Program-made: the position numbers and the translations under genes
In this document: positions 1 to 15,255 of the stretch, in pieces
Position numbering within the stretch: the first letter of the stretch is position 1
How the letters are laid out: every line of letters starts with the position of its first letter
Notes under the pieces: generated by a model
The model's database searches: none
Told to the model about the DNA's origin: nothing
Seen by the model: only the letters and a program-made list of their open reading frames with translations
Source of the DNA: the human T2T-CHM13v2.0 reference genome, Homo sapiens
NCBI RefSeq assembly: GCF_009914755.1
Contig: NC_060927.1
Length of the DNA stretch: 64,000 nucleotides
Direction: 5' to 3' (one strand)

Positions 1-3000
1 GTCAAATATCCTAGGGAAAGACCTCGGTCTTAGTTATGAAGTTAATTTTTTTAAAAAGTGCTATTTCCTTCCAGTTATGCTTGTTATTTGATGATATTCA
101 TGATACTCATTGTATGAGAATACCTTTTAGAAATGTCTAGATTTTATTTTACAAATGTTTTGAGATATTTTTCCATTTGTGTAAACTAGTGCGATGATTC
201 ACTGAACTTCAGGAATCATCACATGCTCTTTTATTCTTTGACACTGGATACCCTGACTTGAATATATCACGATCATCAAATGTTTTTCTTGTAAAGGGTA
301 TTTATATTTCTGAAACTTCACACCTTGAAAGTGAGCCAGTTAGAAATTTCTGTGGAGCCAACCAAATGAGTTTTTTCTTATTAGCAAATTGCATACTGTA
401 ATAGTCACAAAAACTTTGTATTAATAGACTCAAGGCTACTTTTAACTTTGGATTGATACCTTTAGTACTGGTACATTTTAGAGATCAAGTCATGTTTAAT
501 AAGAATATCAACAAAGTGCTGTTGAATCTATGTCAAGGCTATTTTAATGGGTGAAAGTTGAGGTTCAGGGACTTTATTACCTCTTTGTTATCTGGTATTG
601 TTTAATACACAGATTGATTAATTCATAAGGCAGAAATAATGTAAAGAGTGGTTATGTGTTCTAAATGACAGTAGACCTGTACCATGGTTTGAGGTCTTTG
701 TATTTCATCTTCTCAGAGGAAATGGTAGCAAGCAAAGAGAAAGCGGCCATTTTCTATTGCGATCACGGTAGCAAATGACTGAGATTTTTGCAAAATGAAT
801 TTGAAAGCCAAGTTAAGAAAATATTAAACTGTACTAATTTCCAACAACTACAGATTGGCACATTTTTAGAACTGTCTGGTAAATTCAAATGAGAGAGGTA
901 AATTATGATTTTAAATGAAGTACATGTGGTGCTTGGAGATGACTTTTTTAAACATGCACGTTCCCCACTAATTAGCTCCCAGGAGGTGAATGAGACTTTT
1001 TGTTGTTTTTCTTCTAGGTTCAGCTTTAAACAAAGTGAACTAACAAAGTTTGTCACCTATTGGCATTCAGTTAAAGTATTATTTAAAATCCTCCTCCCAC
1101 TCCCACCACCACAAAAAGAGACTATGTCACATAAGAGATAAACTAGCTTTGGTTTACAAAATATACTGTAAAAATACTGTGTGTATTACATTATCTCCTC
1201 CTTATGGCTTTTAGAATCATAAAGTTAAATAACATATTTTCTTTAAAAAAATCTGGCATGAACATTGAAAATACTTTAAATGGAGAGTAAGTCCAAGTGG
1301 CACAGTGTTTTGGAAAATAAGCTCTGAGAGTCAGAGGAAGCGGCATTATAAAGGCTGAAGAGACTATTTAACACATTGAGGATAAAATCTCAGCTGGCTG
1401 TATGAGAACAATGTCCCTCATCAAGTCCTTATCCAAATTCTGTACTGTGCAAGCCAGTTTGGCTAAGTCTCTGTCGTCAGGTTAATTAGTGACGCTGAGA
1501 AAAATAAAGGACTATTGGAGAAATTATTTATCTTCTACAGTGTGTGTATGAAAGACCAGATTTGGCTTTACAATTCTTGGCACAAAATGATAATGCTCTG
1601 TACATTCCCCCACTCTTTCTTCTCTATCATTTTATTTTTCTTGATGCACAGTATGTGTTTTTAAGTTTTCTTCACCTCCATAAAAATAAACCTCAAGTCC
1701 TACTGGGATGAATTAAGTCGTTTTTTCTTTTTCTAATTTTAATGAGTACACATTTTAATGTACCCACTTAAAGGGATTGGGATGCGTATTGATAAAAATC
1801 ACTGTAGTAACATTGGTCTGTTAATTAACAAATTCAACACAAATTTATTAAGGTCCAACTACATGCTATGGATTTTTCAACGTTTTGGAAATAAGAGTGA
1901 ATAAAGTACAGTTTCTGCCTCTTGTGGGTACAATAAAGCAGGGCAAGACCTTCAAATAGATAACGACCATGCAATGGAGAAGGGCCACAATGATAGCCAA
2001 TACATGAACTTACTATGCTCAAGAAACTACTGTAGGCACTGAACATGTACTAATGTGACTGTAGTCCCCTGCAAACCCCTGTAAGGTGTATACTACTATT
2101 AACCCATTTTACAGCTGAAGAAACTGAAATAGAAGTGGTTAAGCAACTTTTCCAATGTTATACAACTGGCAAGTACTTGACCTAGGCAGCCTGGCCCATG
2201 AATTACCTAATTTCTGCTCAGTAGGATAATGCCTCCATTTTGAACCTCAGGATCTACTGTGCCTCAAATCTTTGCCTTCTCCCCACCCCAATACATGCAA
2301 CAGATCCTTGCTCTTCAAGGCGCACAGGAGGCATCGATGTTCCTGTACTTCACAGCTTTTCTTGTTGGGCCTCCCTTTTGGCCAGCTCCATGTCTTTTTC
2401 TTTCCCCTGACTTTGTACTGTCTGAATTGATTTGATAGGTTAAAGCCTTATAAAAAGTAAGCAAAATAAGTATGGGAAATCTACCTTCTTACACCTTCCC
2501 TATTATGGAAAGAAAAATAATGCACACCAGTAGTAAAGTATCACTCTGAGTTGCAGGCTTTCAAATGGTATTGGGGTACATGGTTTTGGAGAACTTTGAG
2601 ATCTGAGACAATGGCTGAAGCTATTTATCTTTCTAACATTCCCAAGGTATGTAAACCATTTCTAATGTAAATTAGAAAACTTATAGGCTTCAACAGTATG
2701 CTAGATTTAACATGATCCTTCATTATGGAAGAAGTATTTCCTGTTGTTTAGTTTTGTCTCACTAATGCTGTATATTTTCTGAAACCTAAATCCATATCTT
2801 GTATCTATACACGTATAGCTATACTTTTTGAGGATTGATCAACCTCGCTACACACAGGGATCCATAACAGATTTTGGTGCTTCGGGGTAGAAGAGGATTC
2901 TAGGAAGGAATCACAGTTTATACACATAGCTTAGCATCATGGATTATGTGGAGATATTGAGGGAATTTCTTATTCTCTGAAGAAATGCTCTGATGAGATA

Positions 3001-3490
3001 CCACTAGAAAAATACACTAATCTCTAAGACAAGTGCTCAGGAGGATCAGATTTCAATACCTTTGCTATAATCCTTTCAAACAGGGGTCCAATAGAATTAT
3101 GGATATACATCAAATTCTAAAACACGTATGGCCTGACTTTAATGATGCATTGCTGTCTCAATAATAAACTCATTTGTCTAATTATTCTCAGGTGGTTTCA
3201 TAAAACAAAACAAAACACCACAACACATTGACAGCCTTCCTACTGTACTCCCTATCCCACCTCATCCATGTTTTTGTTTTCTTTATTTTTCAGGGAAATA
3301 TGCATAAGTATTTGAGCATATTTCCTCCTTTACCACTATACGTTAACTTTCACCATGTTTTAGTATTAATATTAATTAAAATAATATTTTCACTCTAATC
3401 GTTAAAGACCAATGGAATTTCGTTGGCATATGGCTGAAGTATAAAAAATTATAATTAATGGTGGAATTGTTTGAAGTCATCTTGAATCTA

Positions 3491-3980
<490 letters not shown>

Positions 3981-4159
3981 GGGAAAGTTTTACTTTGTTT
4001 TGTTTTTCAGAATTGTATGTATATGAAATTTCTAACACAAGATCTAGAATGTAATAAGTGGTAGCTATTATTATTTTTTGAAATCTGAATTTAAAAAATT
4101 TTAAGTTTATTTTTAATTTTTGTGGGTGCATAGTAGGTGTATATACTTAGGAGGTAATT

Positions 4160-4256
4160 TGTGTGCTACATATACACTATACTATAGATAGTGTACATAT
4201 AGTGTGTATGTGTATATATATATACTATATATAGTGTAGTGTATATGTAGCACACA
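4160..4256. repeat. AT-rich imperfect palindrome (~40-bp arms)
   Basis: 4160-4179 TGTGTGCTACATATACACTA is the exact reverse complement of 4237-4256; pairing continues inward with about 4 mismatches. Confidence 0.9.
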
Positions 4257-4614
4257 GTTAATATTGGATTTTTTGGAGTATTGTTTAAAATTTACTTTGA
4301 TTATTGAACATATACCTCCTTACAGAGTCTTGTGAAGATAGGGATCATGTTCCCAACCAATTTAGAAATCTCACTTTCAGAACTACCTCTTCAAAAACAA
4401 AAATGTGGTTGGCCTGGGATCCACTCTCTCCAAGAACTTGCTTATCATACGTATTTTCTATTATCTTTGTGGGCCTTCTAGAAAATATAAAAAGAGATGC
4501 AGGTAATTCCAGGACCATAAACAATTCTTAACAATTGGCTCCAGATGGACTGTTTGGGTTTGGCTAGGCTTATCACTTGATAGAAACATAGGTGCGTAGA
4601 GAAACCAAGAAGAG

Positions 4615-7035
4615 TCTGGGTGCAGTGGTGCATGCATGTAGTCCCAACTACTCAGCAGGCTGAGGTGGGAGAATCTCTTGAGCCCCAGGAATTCAAGGCT
4701 GCAGTGAGCTAGGATTGCACTGCTGCACTCTAGCCTGGTGATATGGTTTGGCTGTGTCCCTACCAGAATCTCAACTTGAATTTTATCTCCCAGAATTCCC
4801 ATGTGTTGTGGGAGGGACCCAGGGAGAGGTAATTGAATCATGGGGGCCAGTCTTCCCTGTGCTATTCTTGTGATAGTGAATAAGTCTCATGAGATCTGAT
4901 GGGTTTATTAGAGGTTTCCACTTTTGCTTCTTCCTCATTTTTCTCTTGCTGTTGCCATGTAAGAAGTGCCCTTTGCCTCCCGCCACGATTCTGAGGCCTC
5001 CCCAGCCATGTGGAACTGTAAGTCCAATTAAACCTCTTTTTGTTCCCACTTTTGGGTATGTCTTTTTCAGCAGTGTGAAAATGAACTAATATAGTAAATT
5101 GGTACCAGTAGAGTGGGGTGTTACTGAAAAGATATACAAAAATGTGGAAGTGACTTTGGAACTGGGTTACAGGCAGAGGTTGGAACAGTTTGGAGGGCTC
5201 AGAAGACAACAAGATGTGGGAAGGTTTGGAATCTCCTAGAGGCTTGTTGAGTGGTTTTGACAGAAATGCTGATAATTATATGAACAATAAGGTTCAGGCT
5301 GAGGTGGTCTCAGATGGAGATGAGGAACTTGTTGGGAACTGCAGCAAAGGTGACTCTTGTTGTGTTTTAGCAAAGAGACTGGTGGCATTTTGCCCCTGCC
5401 TTAGAGACTTGTGAAACTTTGAACTTGGGAGAGATGATTTAGGGTATCTGGCGGAAGAAATTTCTAGCAGCAAAGCATTCAAAAGATGACTTGGGTGCTG
5501 TTAAAAACATTCCATTTTAAAAGGGAAATAGAGCTTAAAAGTTCAGGAAATTTGCAGCCTGATGATGTAGTAAAGAAAAACCCATGTTTTGAGGAGAAAT
5601 TTAAGCCAGCTGCAGAAATTTGCATAAGTAGCAAGGAGCCTAATGTTAATCCCCAAGACCAAGGGGAAAATGTCTCCAGGCCATGTCAGAGACCTCATGG
5701 CCTGAAGGCCCAGGAGGAAAACGTGGTTTCATAGGCTGAGCCCAGGGTCCCGTCCTGTGTGCAGCCTAGAGACTTGTGTGCCCTGTGTCCAGCTGCTCCA
5801 GCCATGGCTGAGAGGGGCCAATGTAGAGCTCAGTCTGTGGTTTCAGAGAGTGGAAGCCCCAAGCCTTGGCAGCTTCCATGTGGTGTTGAGCCTGTGGGTG
5901 CACAGAAGTCAAGAATTGAGGCTTGGGAACCTCCGCCTAGCTTTCAGAAGATGTATGGAAATGCCTGCATACTCAGGCAAAAGTTTGCTGCAAGGGTGGG
6001 GCCCTCATGGAGAACCTCCGCTAGGGCAGTGCAGAAGGGAAATATGGGGTCAGAGCCCCCACACAGAGTCCCTACTGGGGCACTGCCTAGTGGAGCTGTG
6101 AGAAGGTCCTCCAGACTCCATAATGGTAGATCCACCGACAGCTTGCACCATGCACCTGGAAAAGCCACAGACACTCAATGCCAGCCCATGAAAACAGCCA
6201 GGAGGGAGGCCATACCTGCAAAGCCACAAGGGCAGTGCTTCCCAAGACCATGAGAACTCACCTCTTGCATCGGCATGACCTGAATGTGAGACCTGGAGTC
6301 AAAGGAGATCATTTTGGAGCTTTAAAATTTGAGTGCCCTGCTGGATTTCAGACTTGCATGGGCCCTGTAACCCCTTTGTTTTGGCCAATTTCTCCCATTT
6401 GGAATGGCTTTATTTACCCAATACCTGTACCCCCATTGTATCTAGCTTGCTTTCGTTTTACAGGTTCATAGGTGGAAGGGAGTTGCCTCAGATGAGACTT
6501 TGGACTATGAACTTTTGGGTTAATGCTGAAATGAGTTAAGACCTTGGGGGACTGTTGGGAAGGCATGATTGGTTTTGAAATGTGAGGACATGAGATTTGG
6601 AGGAATCAGGAGCAGAATGATATGGTTGGACTGTGTCACCACCCAAATCTTAACTTGAATTCTATCTCCCAGAATTCCCATGTGTTGTGGGAGGGACCCA
6701 GGGAGAGGTAATTGAATTATGGGGGACAGTCTTTCCCGTGCTATTCTCATGATAGTGAATAAGTCTCACGAGATCTGATGAATTTATCAGGGGTTTCTGC
6801 TTTTGCTTCTTCCTCATTTTTCTCTTGCTGCCACCATGTAAGAAGTGCCTTTCACCTCCTGCCATGATTCTGAGACCTCCCCAGCCATGTGGAACTGTAA
6901 GTCCAATTAAACCTCTTTTTGTTCCCAGTTTCAGGTATGTCTTTATCAGCAGCAAGAAAACGAACTAATACACCTGGGCAACATAGTGAGACCCCATCTC
7001 TAAATATTTCAACCAACTAACCAAACAAACAAAAC
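4615..7035 (+). mobile_element. Fossil Alu monomer (FAM/FRAM-like) split by a THE1A insertion
   Basis: Monomer 4615-4738 resumes at 6973 (CCTGGGCAACATAGTGAGACCCC); flanking direct repeat AACCAAGAAGAG at 4603-4614 and 7036-7047. Confidence 0.85.
4739..6972 (+). mobile_element. Full-length THE1A MaLR element (5'LTR 4739-5093, internal 5094-6617, 3'LTR 6618-6972)
   Basis: Two 355-bp LTRs TGATATGGTT...AACTAATA(C/T)A; internal part starts GTAAATTGGTACCA; 5-bp TSD CCTGG at 4734-4738 and 6973-6977. Confidence 0.95.
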
Positions 7036-8827
7036 AACCAAGAAGAGGAAAAAACCAGTATGGCTATTCTGACTCAGTTTTGGCTTTAAATTCAGGATTC
7101 TTTTTGGGTTCAGAAACATCCATATAAGAAGCAAGGATCCCTTTATTTATTCAGTATATATTGAGACATACATGTTGCTTTTCCTGTCTTTGGGCAATGT
7201 ACTATTTATCTTGGAAAACAAGACATGTACACATTAATTCAATAATAAAACAAATTCCAGGAGTTACATTAACAACTAAATAAAACAGATTGTGTGTCAA
7301 AAAATTGTCCTAACATTGGAGGCCAGATTTTTATTATTGGCTTATAGAATGTTAGAATGAGAAAGAACTTCATGAATAATTTTATTCATGGTTTCTCAAC
7401 TTGAAGTCAGTTGATACTGCTTTTTCAAGATGTTTCTTATATTTATGTAGTTAACACCTATATATTATTTCGCTAATATTTTTCTTCTTTTTAGTTAAAT
7501 AAACCAGATTATACCATGAATGAAAAGAAACCAGTCTCATATGCTATAAATATAAAATCAGATACAATAAAGATAAAACGGTCGTTAAATTCTAGCTAGA
7601 GACTTTGCCTTTGGAAGGCCCTAAACTTGAAGTCTGCCCTCTCTTCATTAATAAAGGAGATTTGCTGCTATTAGGGATGTGTAAAAGCTATACCAGCACC
7701 AAACTGAGACTTTCTTTTTGACTTTCATAGAAAAGTTAAAAAGAACATTGATAAGAAAATAATTTTCTTACTTTGAAATTCAGTCGTATTTAATACTTTT
7801 TGCCAACTTATCTACTACTTCTGCTAATATAGATCTCAAACTTTGGGACACATTAATTTAGTTTAATCTCTTTAGTTTTCAAACTAGAAAACCTAGATTC
7901 ACAGAGATCAATATTGGACAAGACAGCACTAAAACCTGGGTCTCCTGATCCCAAATCTCTTCTCTGTGCCCTCTCTCCGTAATTAAAAACACATAAAAGT
8001 AGGATGCTTTTTAGACATAACCTGTCAATTTAGAATACGGCATATCTGAACTCTCTTGTAGCCAGTTATGGATGATGTCCTTGGTAATAGAGTGATCTCT
8101 GCTTTCCTGTATTTTGTTTAAGTGGATTTACTATTCCCTTTACGTATCTGCTTGCTCATTTATATGTCTCATTTGTAGTTAAACATAATATAGGAATTTG
8201 AATTTGAATTTTGGAGGTTCTTGAAATTAAGAGACTGAATTAAACTCAACTTCAGCAAATCAATGATAACCATAAGTACCATTCCCCTCCCTCTCTCCCT
8301 GACACTGCATGTGATGAAGTGATGAACAGCTGGAGTTTTGCTATTACCCTGGGAACAGTTTACTTTGACCTTGTCACAGTCTACCTGCTTGCTATTCCTA
8401 GTACAGTACCTCTTCTCATCAGAGAACTTGAAGCAACTATTATTTTATGCTATTTAAAATTAAAGCCACAGTAAGGTTTAGGACTATACCAAAGCAATAC
8501 ACTAGGGAGAGGGGGATCTAAGATATCATTTTTCTCAGAGACAATTCATCACATTTAAAAAAAGATGTTTTATACTTTACCTCATTGTGAATGAAAAAGA
8601 GCCACACAGTAGCCCAACGAGGGCAGATTTAAAATCACACACATTCTTTTGGGTTTTAGTTCAGTTTTTTTTTCCCCTGGAAATAAGAACCATATTATCC
8701 TATTTGAATCTTCTTGTTATTTTTTTATTACTCTTGTTTTTGGTTCACTTGTTTTATTGATGTTACAAACTATTCCTTCTAATTGTACAGTTTTATTTCC
8801 TTTTGTTGTAAGTGAATTTGTGATTAA

Positions 8828-9681
<854 letters not shown>

Positions 9682-9706
9682 TTCTTTTCTTCAAAGCCAA
9701 CTCTTT

Positions 9707-10843
<1,137 letters not shown>

Positions 10844-12785
10844 TTAGTAGGTGGAGTTTATGAGGTCTGGTTGTGATGTGCTTTTCAAATCACTGGTCTT
10901 TCCTGCTCTCCTCCAGTCTATTCTTTCTACCCAATCCCTGTATTTCCTTCTACGCAAAGCTTTTCAGCATGTAATTATGGACATAAGTCAACCTCAACAC
11001 TTCCAACAGAGGCCTGAGAGCTTCAGTTATCGAAATAAGATTATATTCTACCTTGGTCTGACCTAATTTTAATTTGGGGTGGACTAATCTAAAATGATTC
11101 ACAGATTATGAATCATTCATTGCACTGACAGATATTACAAGTTGTCACCTACTATGTGCAAAAGTGCTTTTCAAAGAAGTTAAAATGTATATTTTATATG
11201 CTTTCTGTTCTCAGTGTTAGGAAAGCAAGATGAGGAAATTAAAGCAACATAAGAATAATGTATTAATACAGATTGACAAGACAAGAAATGTCACAGGCAG
11301 CACATGATCAATGATTAATCGGCAAATCAGTGCAACAGGACATAAGAGTAATGAGTTCTGAGAAAGAACTCTTTGTGTTGTGTATACCCCTTGCCCCTAT
11401 ATTATCCATTACTACTTAGCTAACTCCATCAAACATGGCTCCAAATCTATGGCAATTCTCCATATCATCCTTAACCTGTCCTTGTAAAAGGAAAAATCTG
11501 ATACCAGATGTAAATAGGGCTTAGAAGCTCATGGCCAGATTTGGAGAAATTATGACTATTCTCAGATATCAGTGTTAATAGGGCCATTTGCAGGAGGTGG
11601 TCAGCATAAAGTACTCACAGTGAGTCAGCAAATAGTTATTAACATGAAATGATACTGACTCAGCTTTTATTATTTTTTCCAAGTTGATAGATACTTTCCT
11701 AACATTTTGCTATATATTATTCAAATATTTTCATGACTTTTATTTGTTTTGGGAGGGGGTTTCAAGTTGTTATCTGCATTACTCAATTTAAAATCAATAG
11801 TGGATTTAATTGATATAATGTTTTCTAATCATTAATGAGTATTAAAACCCAGACTAATAGCATTTTAAGTAACATTTTCTGTCGAAGTATCTGAACCATT
11901 TTCTTTCACTCAAAACTTTGATTTAATTATGATACTGGTATTATTGTACATGTTCACATGGGATGGGCTCATTTGACTATAATTATATAACTTTAGTCCC
12001 ATCCTAAGAAATTTACAACTATAGAAGGCTATTTTTAAAAAGGCTTTTTTTTGGCTTGTTAGTTTAAGATGAAAGGGCAGAATTTTTGAACCATATACTT
12101 TGTTCATTAGAGACTATTTACATCCCGACCTATTCTCTAGTAATCATGTTCTTCTTAGATGTGTATTGCTTTTGAAAGTTTTAATTAAACTGTTTTTGAT
12201 ATCTAAAAAGACTTTCCACAGAGTAATCCAATTCCATTGTCTGACTCTAATTTCTTGCCTCCCTAACACTGATATTTTCTTTCCATTATTTATAATTTAA
12301 TTTTGTAACAACTATGATGCCTCAATTTTATTTTTGCTTATGTAATCTCCATATGAGTCTCAACAATCTTGCTAATGTAAAAAGCTGAGATGAGGAAATT
12401 CAGAGAGCAACTGGTTATTGAGTTACAGCTAGATCTTGTGAACCTATGGAGGCAGGTGAAGTAGGGGCTGTGATATGATTTTCTGTCTATGCACGCTTCC
12501 CCTCTCATCACACTGTCTCCTGTTTGAGTCTGCATCAATACCTTCAATTCATCATATCTCTTTCACCATTACTCCCATTTTGGTAACATTAAACTTCTTG
12601 ACCAATGGAATTGTTTTGGCTGGCAGCAGATAATTAGGGATTCTCTATTTCTGGTCTCATTTTGTCACTGTTACTAGTGGCCAGTTATCATTAACATAGA
12701 GGCCACTTTATAAGCAATTTTGTTGTGATGCATATGTATATTGCAAACCAAGAAAACACAGGGCTAGCAGGAAGAGGGCTGGCCT

Positions 12786-13200
12786 GGTAGAGACTGGCTA
12801 GCTGCTTACCAAATTCCTTTTTCTCGTCTTTCGGCTGGACTGCATTTCCCAGGCTCCACTGTGGCTCCACGTGACTAAATTATGGACAATGAGTGTGAGC
12901 AGAAGTGATGTACCCCACAGTCCACCAGTCTGGCCCTATTACAAACCTCCTATATGTGATCCTCCATAATCTCTCCCTATCAGACACAAGAGACTGACAA
13001 TGTGAGCCTGGGAGACACATGTTGAAGATGGCAGACATAATATGGAAGGAGCCTGGGTCCTTGAATCAGTGCTTGGAGGAGAGTCCTGTGGTGCCCTGGG
13101 GCACTGGTATAATAATTTACCTCAACAAGACATGTACTTCTTTTAAGTTTGAATCCTTGTTAATTCTGTTACAGCAGCTAAGTTTAACGTAATTGATACA
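12786..13200 (+). mobile_element. Old MaLR LTR (MLT1J-like)
   Basis: CATTTCCCAG...CACGTGACTAA...GAAGATGGCAGA...GGAAGGAGCCTGGGTCC...GTTACAGCAGC...GATACA. Confidence 0.65.
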
Positions 13201-14179
13201 CTTGGGTCTGCCAAAGATATTTCTGCAGGCCTCAATTTCTTCTTTCATAAAATGAAGGAATTTGCCACATGGGCCTTCTTGCTGTTCCCCAAACACACTA
13301 GACAGTCAGGACTTCCGCACTTGCTGCGTCCTCTGCCTGAAAAATCCTTCTTCAGAAACTCACATGGACTGCACCCTCAACCCTCAGTCCTCAGCCTGAA
13401 TGTGACCTTATCAGTGAGACCTCCTGTGGCCACCCTTAGGTATAATAACATTTCTCCCTTCCTCATCATTCCCTCTTCCTCTTAGCTTGCTCCAGTTTTT
13501 AAAAAATATATATAACACAATTGCTAAACAACTTACCTATGTATGTATTTGGCACTTGGTTAAATATTTGTTGAACAATTGCATGAGTGAAGTGCTCTCT
13601 AAGGTGACAAGCAGCTGTAAAGGATTATGTTTCCTAATTTCAAGATGTTGTAATCTAAGGAGAAATATAAAACAGATTACAAAAGACAAATCTTAAATAC
13701 ACAAATGACATATGAACTTTGTTAACATATTTCTAAATATATAAGGAAAAGAGAGATTCTAATAATTACTGGTGACAAGTGTTATACATTAAATTTTTCA
13801 AAATGTCATTTCATTTGATGACTCTACCAAGTCAGTATTATTGTACCCATTTTATAGATAAGGAAAGAGGTTTACAGGGCTGGAATGGAAGCTTCATGAG
13901 AGCAGGATCACATCTATCTTTTTTACTATTGTATCACTGGCATCTAGCAAAGTTCTGACAAGGTAGCAAGAAATAAAGAATATTAAGAATAAAAAGTAAA
14001 GAGTGGGTTAAATAGCTTGTCCATGGTGGGACAGTTGGCACTAGAACATACATTTGCCTGAATCTAAAGTCTGTGCTTTTTTTTTTACTATCTGAGAATG
14101 GCAAATATGCAGCGGTGTGGTCCCCTTTCTGATTCTGGGCTGTTGCTTTTTTCTGTTCTTCCTGGTGAAAGGCTGTCCC

Positions 14180-14510
14180 GTTAATGTCCTTATATCTGGG
14201 ATGTTTCCATTCTTCAGGCATCAGTCCAACCATGACCTCAGTGGAATGGCTTTCTCTGACCCCTTGGTTGTAAGATTGGAAGTAGCTTTCTCCGGTTACT
14301 CTCTGTGCATCACCTGTTTATTGCCTACGTCACCTTCACAACACTTACTACTGTATAAAATTATCTTGTTTGCTTTTCAGTTGTCCCTCTACCTACTATA
14401 ATGTAAGCTTTGCAAAGACAGTGACTTTTTCTGCCTCTACTCTGTGCATACTGTGTACCACATTGTTAATCAATAGGTGTGTGTTGAATAAATCAGTGAA
14501 TCACTGAATA
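14180..14510 (+). mobile_element. L2 3' fragment
   Basis: ATAATGTAAGCTTTGCAAAGACAGTGAC...GTTGAATAAATCAGTGAAT resembles the L2 3' end. Confidence 0.55.
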
Positions 14511-14634
14511 ATTTGATCAATGTTGGCATTCACTCTTCCTGTGCTCGTGACAGGCATTACTAATCAATCATGACACTCTCTACTACTACATCCAAACTCA
14601 TACTCAGAAAAATTTGTAAAATAGCTCTCTAGGC

Positions 14635-14808
14635 ACTTGGAACTTGAAGTGTGGCCCGCTGATCAATAACATCAGCGTCACCTGAGAGCTTATTGGAAAT
14701 GCTCGTTCTCAGGCCCACCCAGCTCTACTGTATCAGAATATGCATTTTAACAGGATCCCAGATGATTCCTGTGCACATCAAAAGTGTGTGCAACATCACT
14801 CACTCTAG
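14635..14808. mobile_element. MER5A/B hAT-Charlie DNA transposon fossil
   Basis: AGTGTGGCCC...CATCAGCGTCACCTGAGAGCTTATTGGAAATGC...TCAGAATATGCATTTTAACAGGATCCC. Confidence 0.75.
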
Positions 14809-15136
14809 GAATACATAATACTAGTCAGTGGGTTTGGCAAATAAGAGGAACCCCCTTTACCATCTCTGTGTTCTCCTCCATTTCACTTGTACAAAGATAG
14901 AACCCCAACCTTAGCATTATTGTGTGTTATCTGGAGTGATTAGTTCTTAGTGGGGTTAATGTAGAAATACTTTATAGAGAAGATGAGCATCAAGTGTTTA
15001 AAAAAATCGGTTTCCCCAGTTTGAGAGCTGCTAACTATGGAAATAGATGAACATTTTTGTGTAAAATTGAAAGAATCCCTGGTGCAAAGAATGGATGTAG
15101 GAGGAAGAGAAAGAAAAGTAGGTGCAGAGGAAATGC

Positions 15137-15255
15137 TAGGTTAGTGCAAAAGTAATTGCCATTACTTTTTATGGCAAAGACCACGAGGTTGGTGCAAAAG
15201 TAATCGTGGTCTTTGCCATTAAAAGTAATGGCAATTACTTTTGCACCAGTCTAAT
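15137..15255. mobile_element. Rearranged MADE1 (Hsmar1-derived MITE) with three terminal-inverted-repeat copies
   Basis: AGGTT(A/G)GTGCAAAAGTAAT at 15138 and 15186; inverted copy ATTACTTTTGCACCAGTCTAA at 15234-15254. Confidence 0.9.

Noticed and set aside
4461-6955. Many overlapping ORFs up to 164 aa
   Set aside because: All lie within the THE1A LTR/internal sequence or the flanking Alu monomer; fragmented, with no intact retroviral gene.
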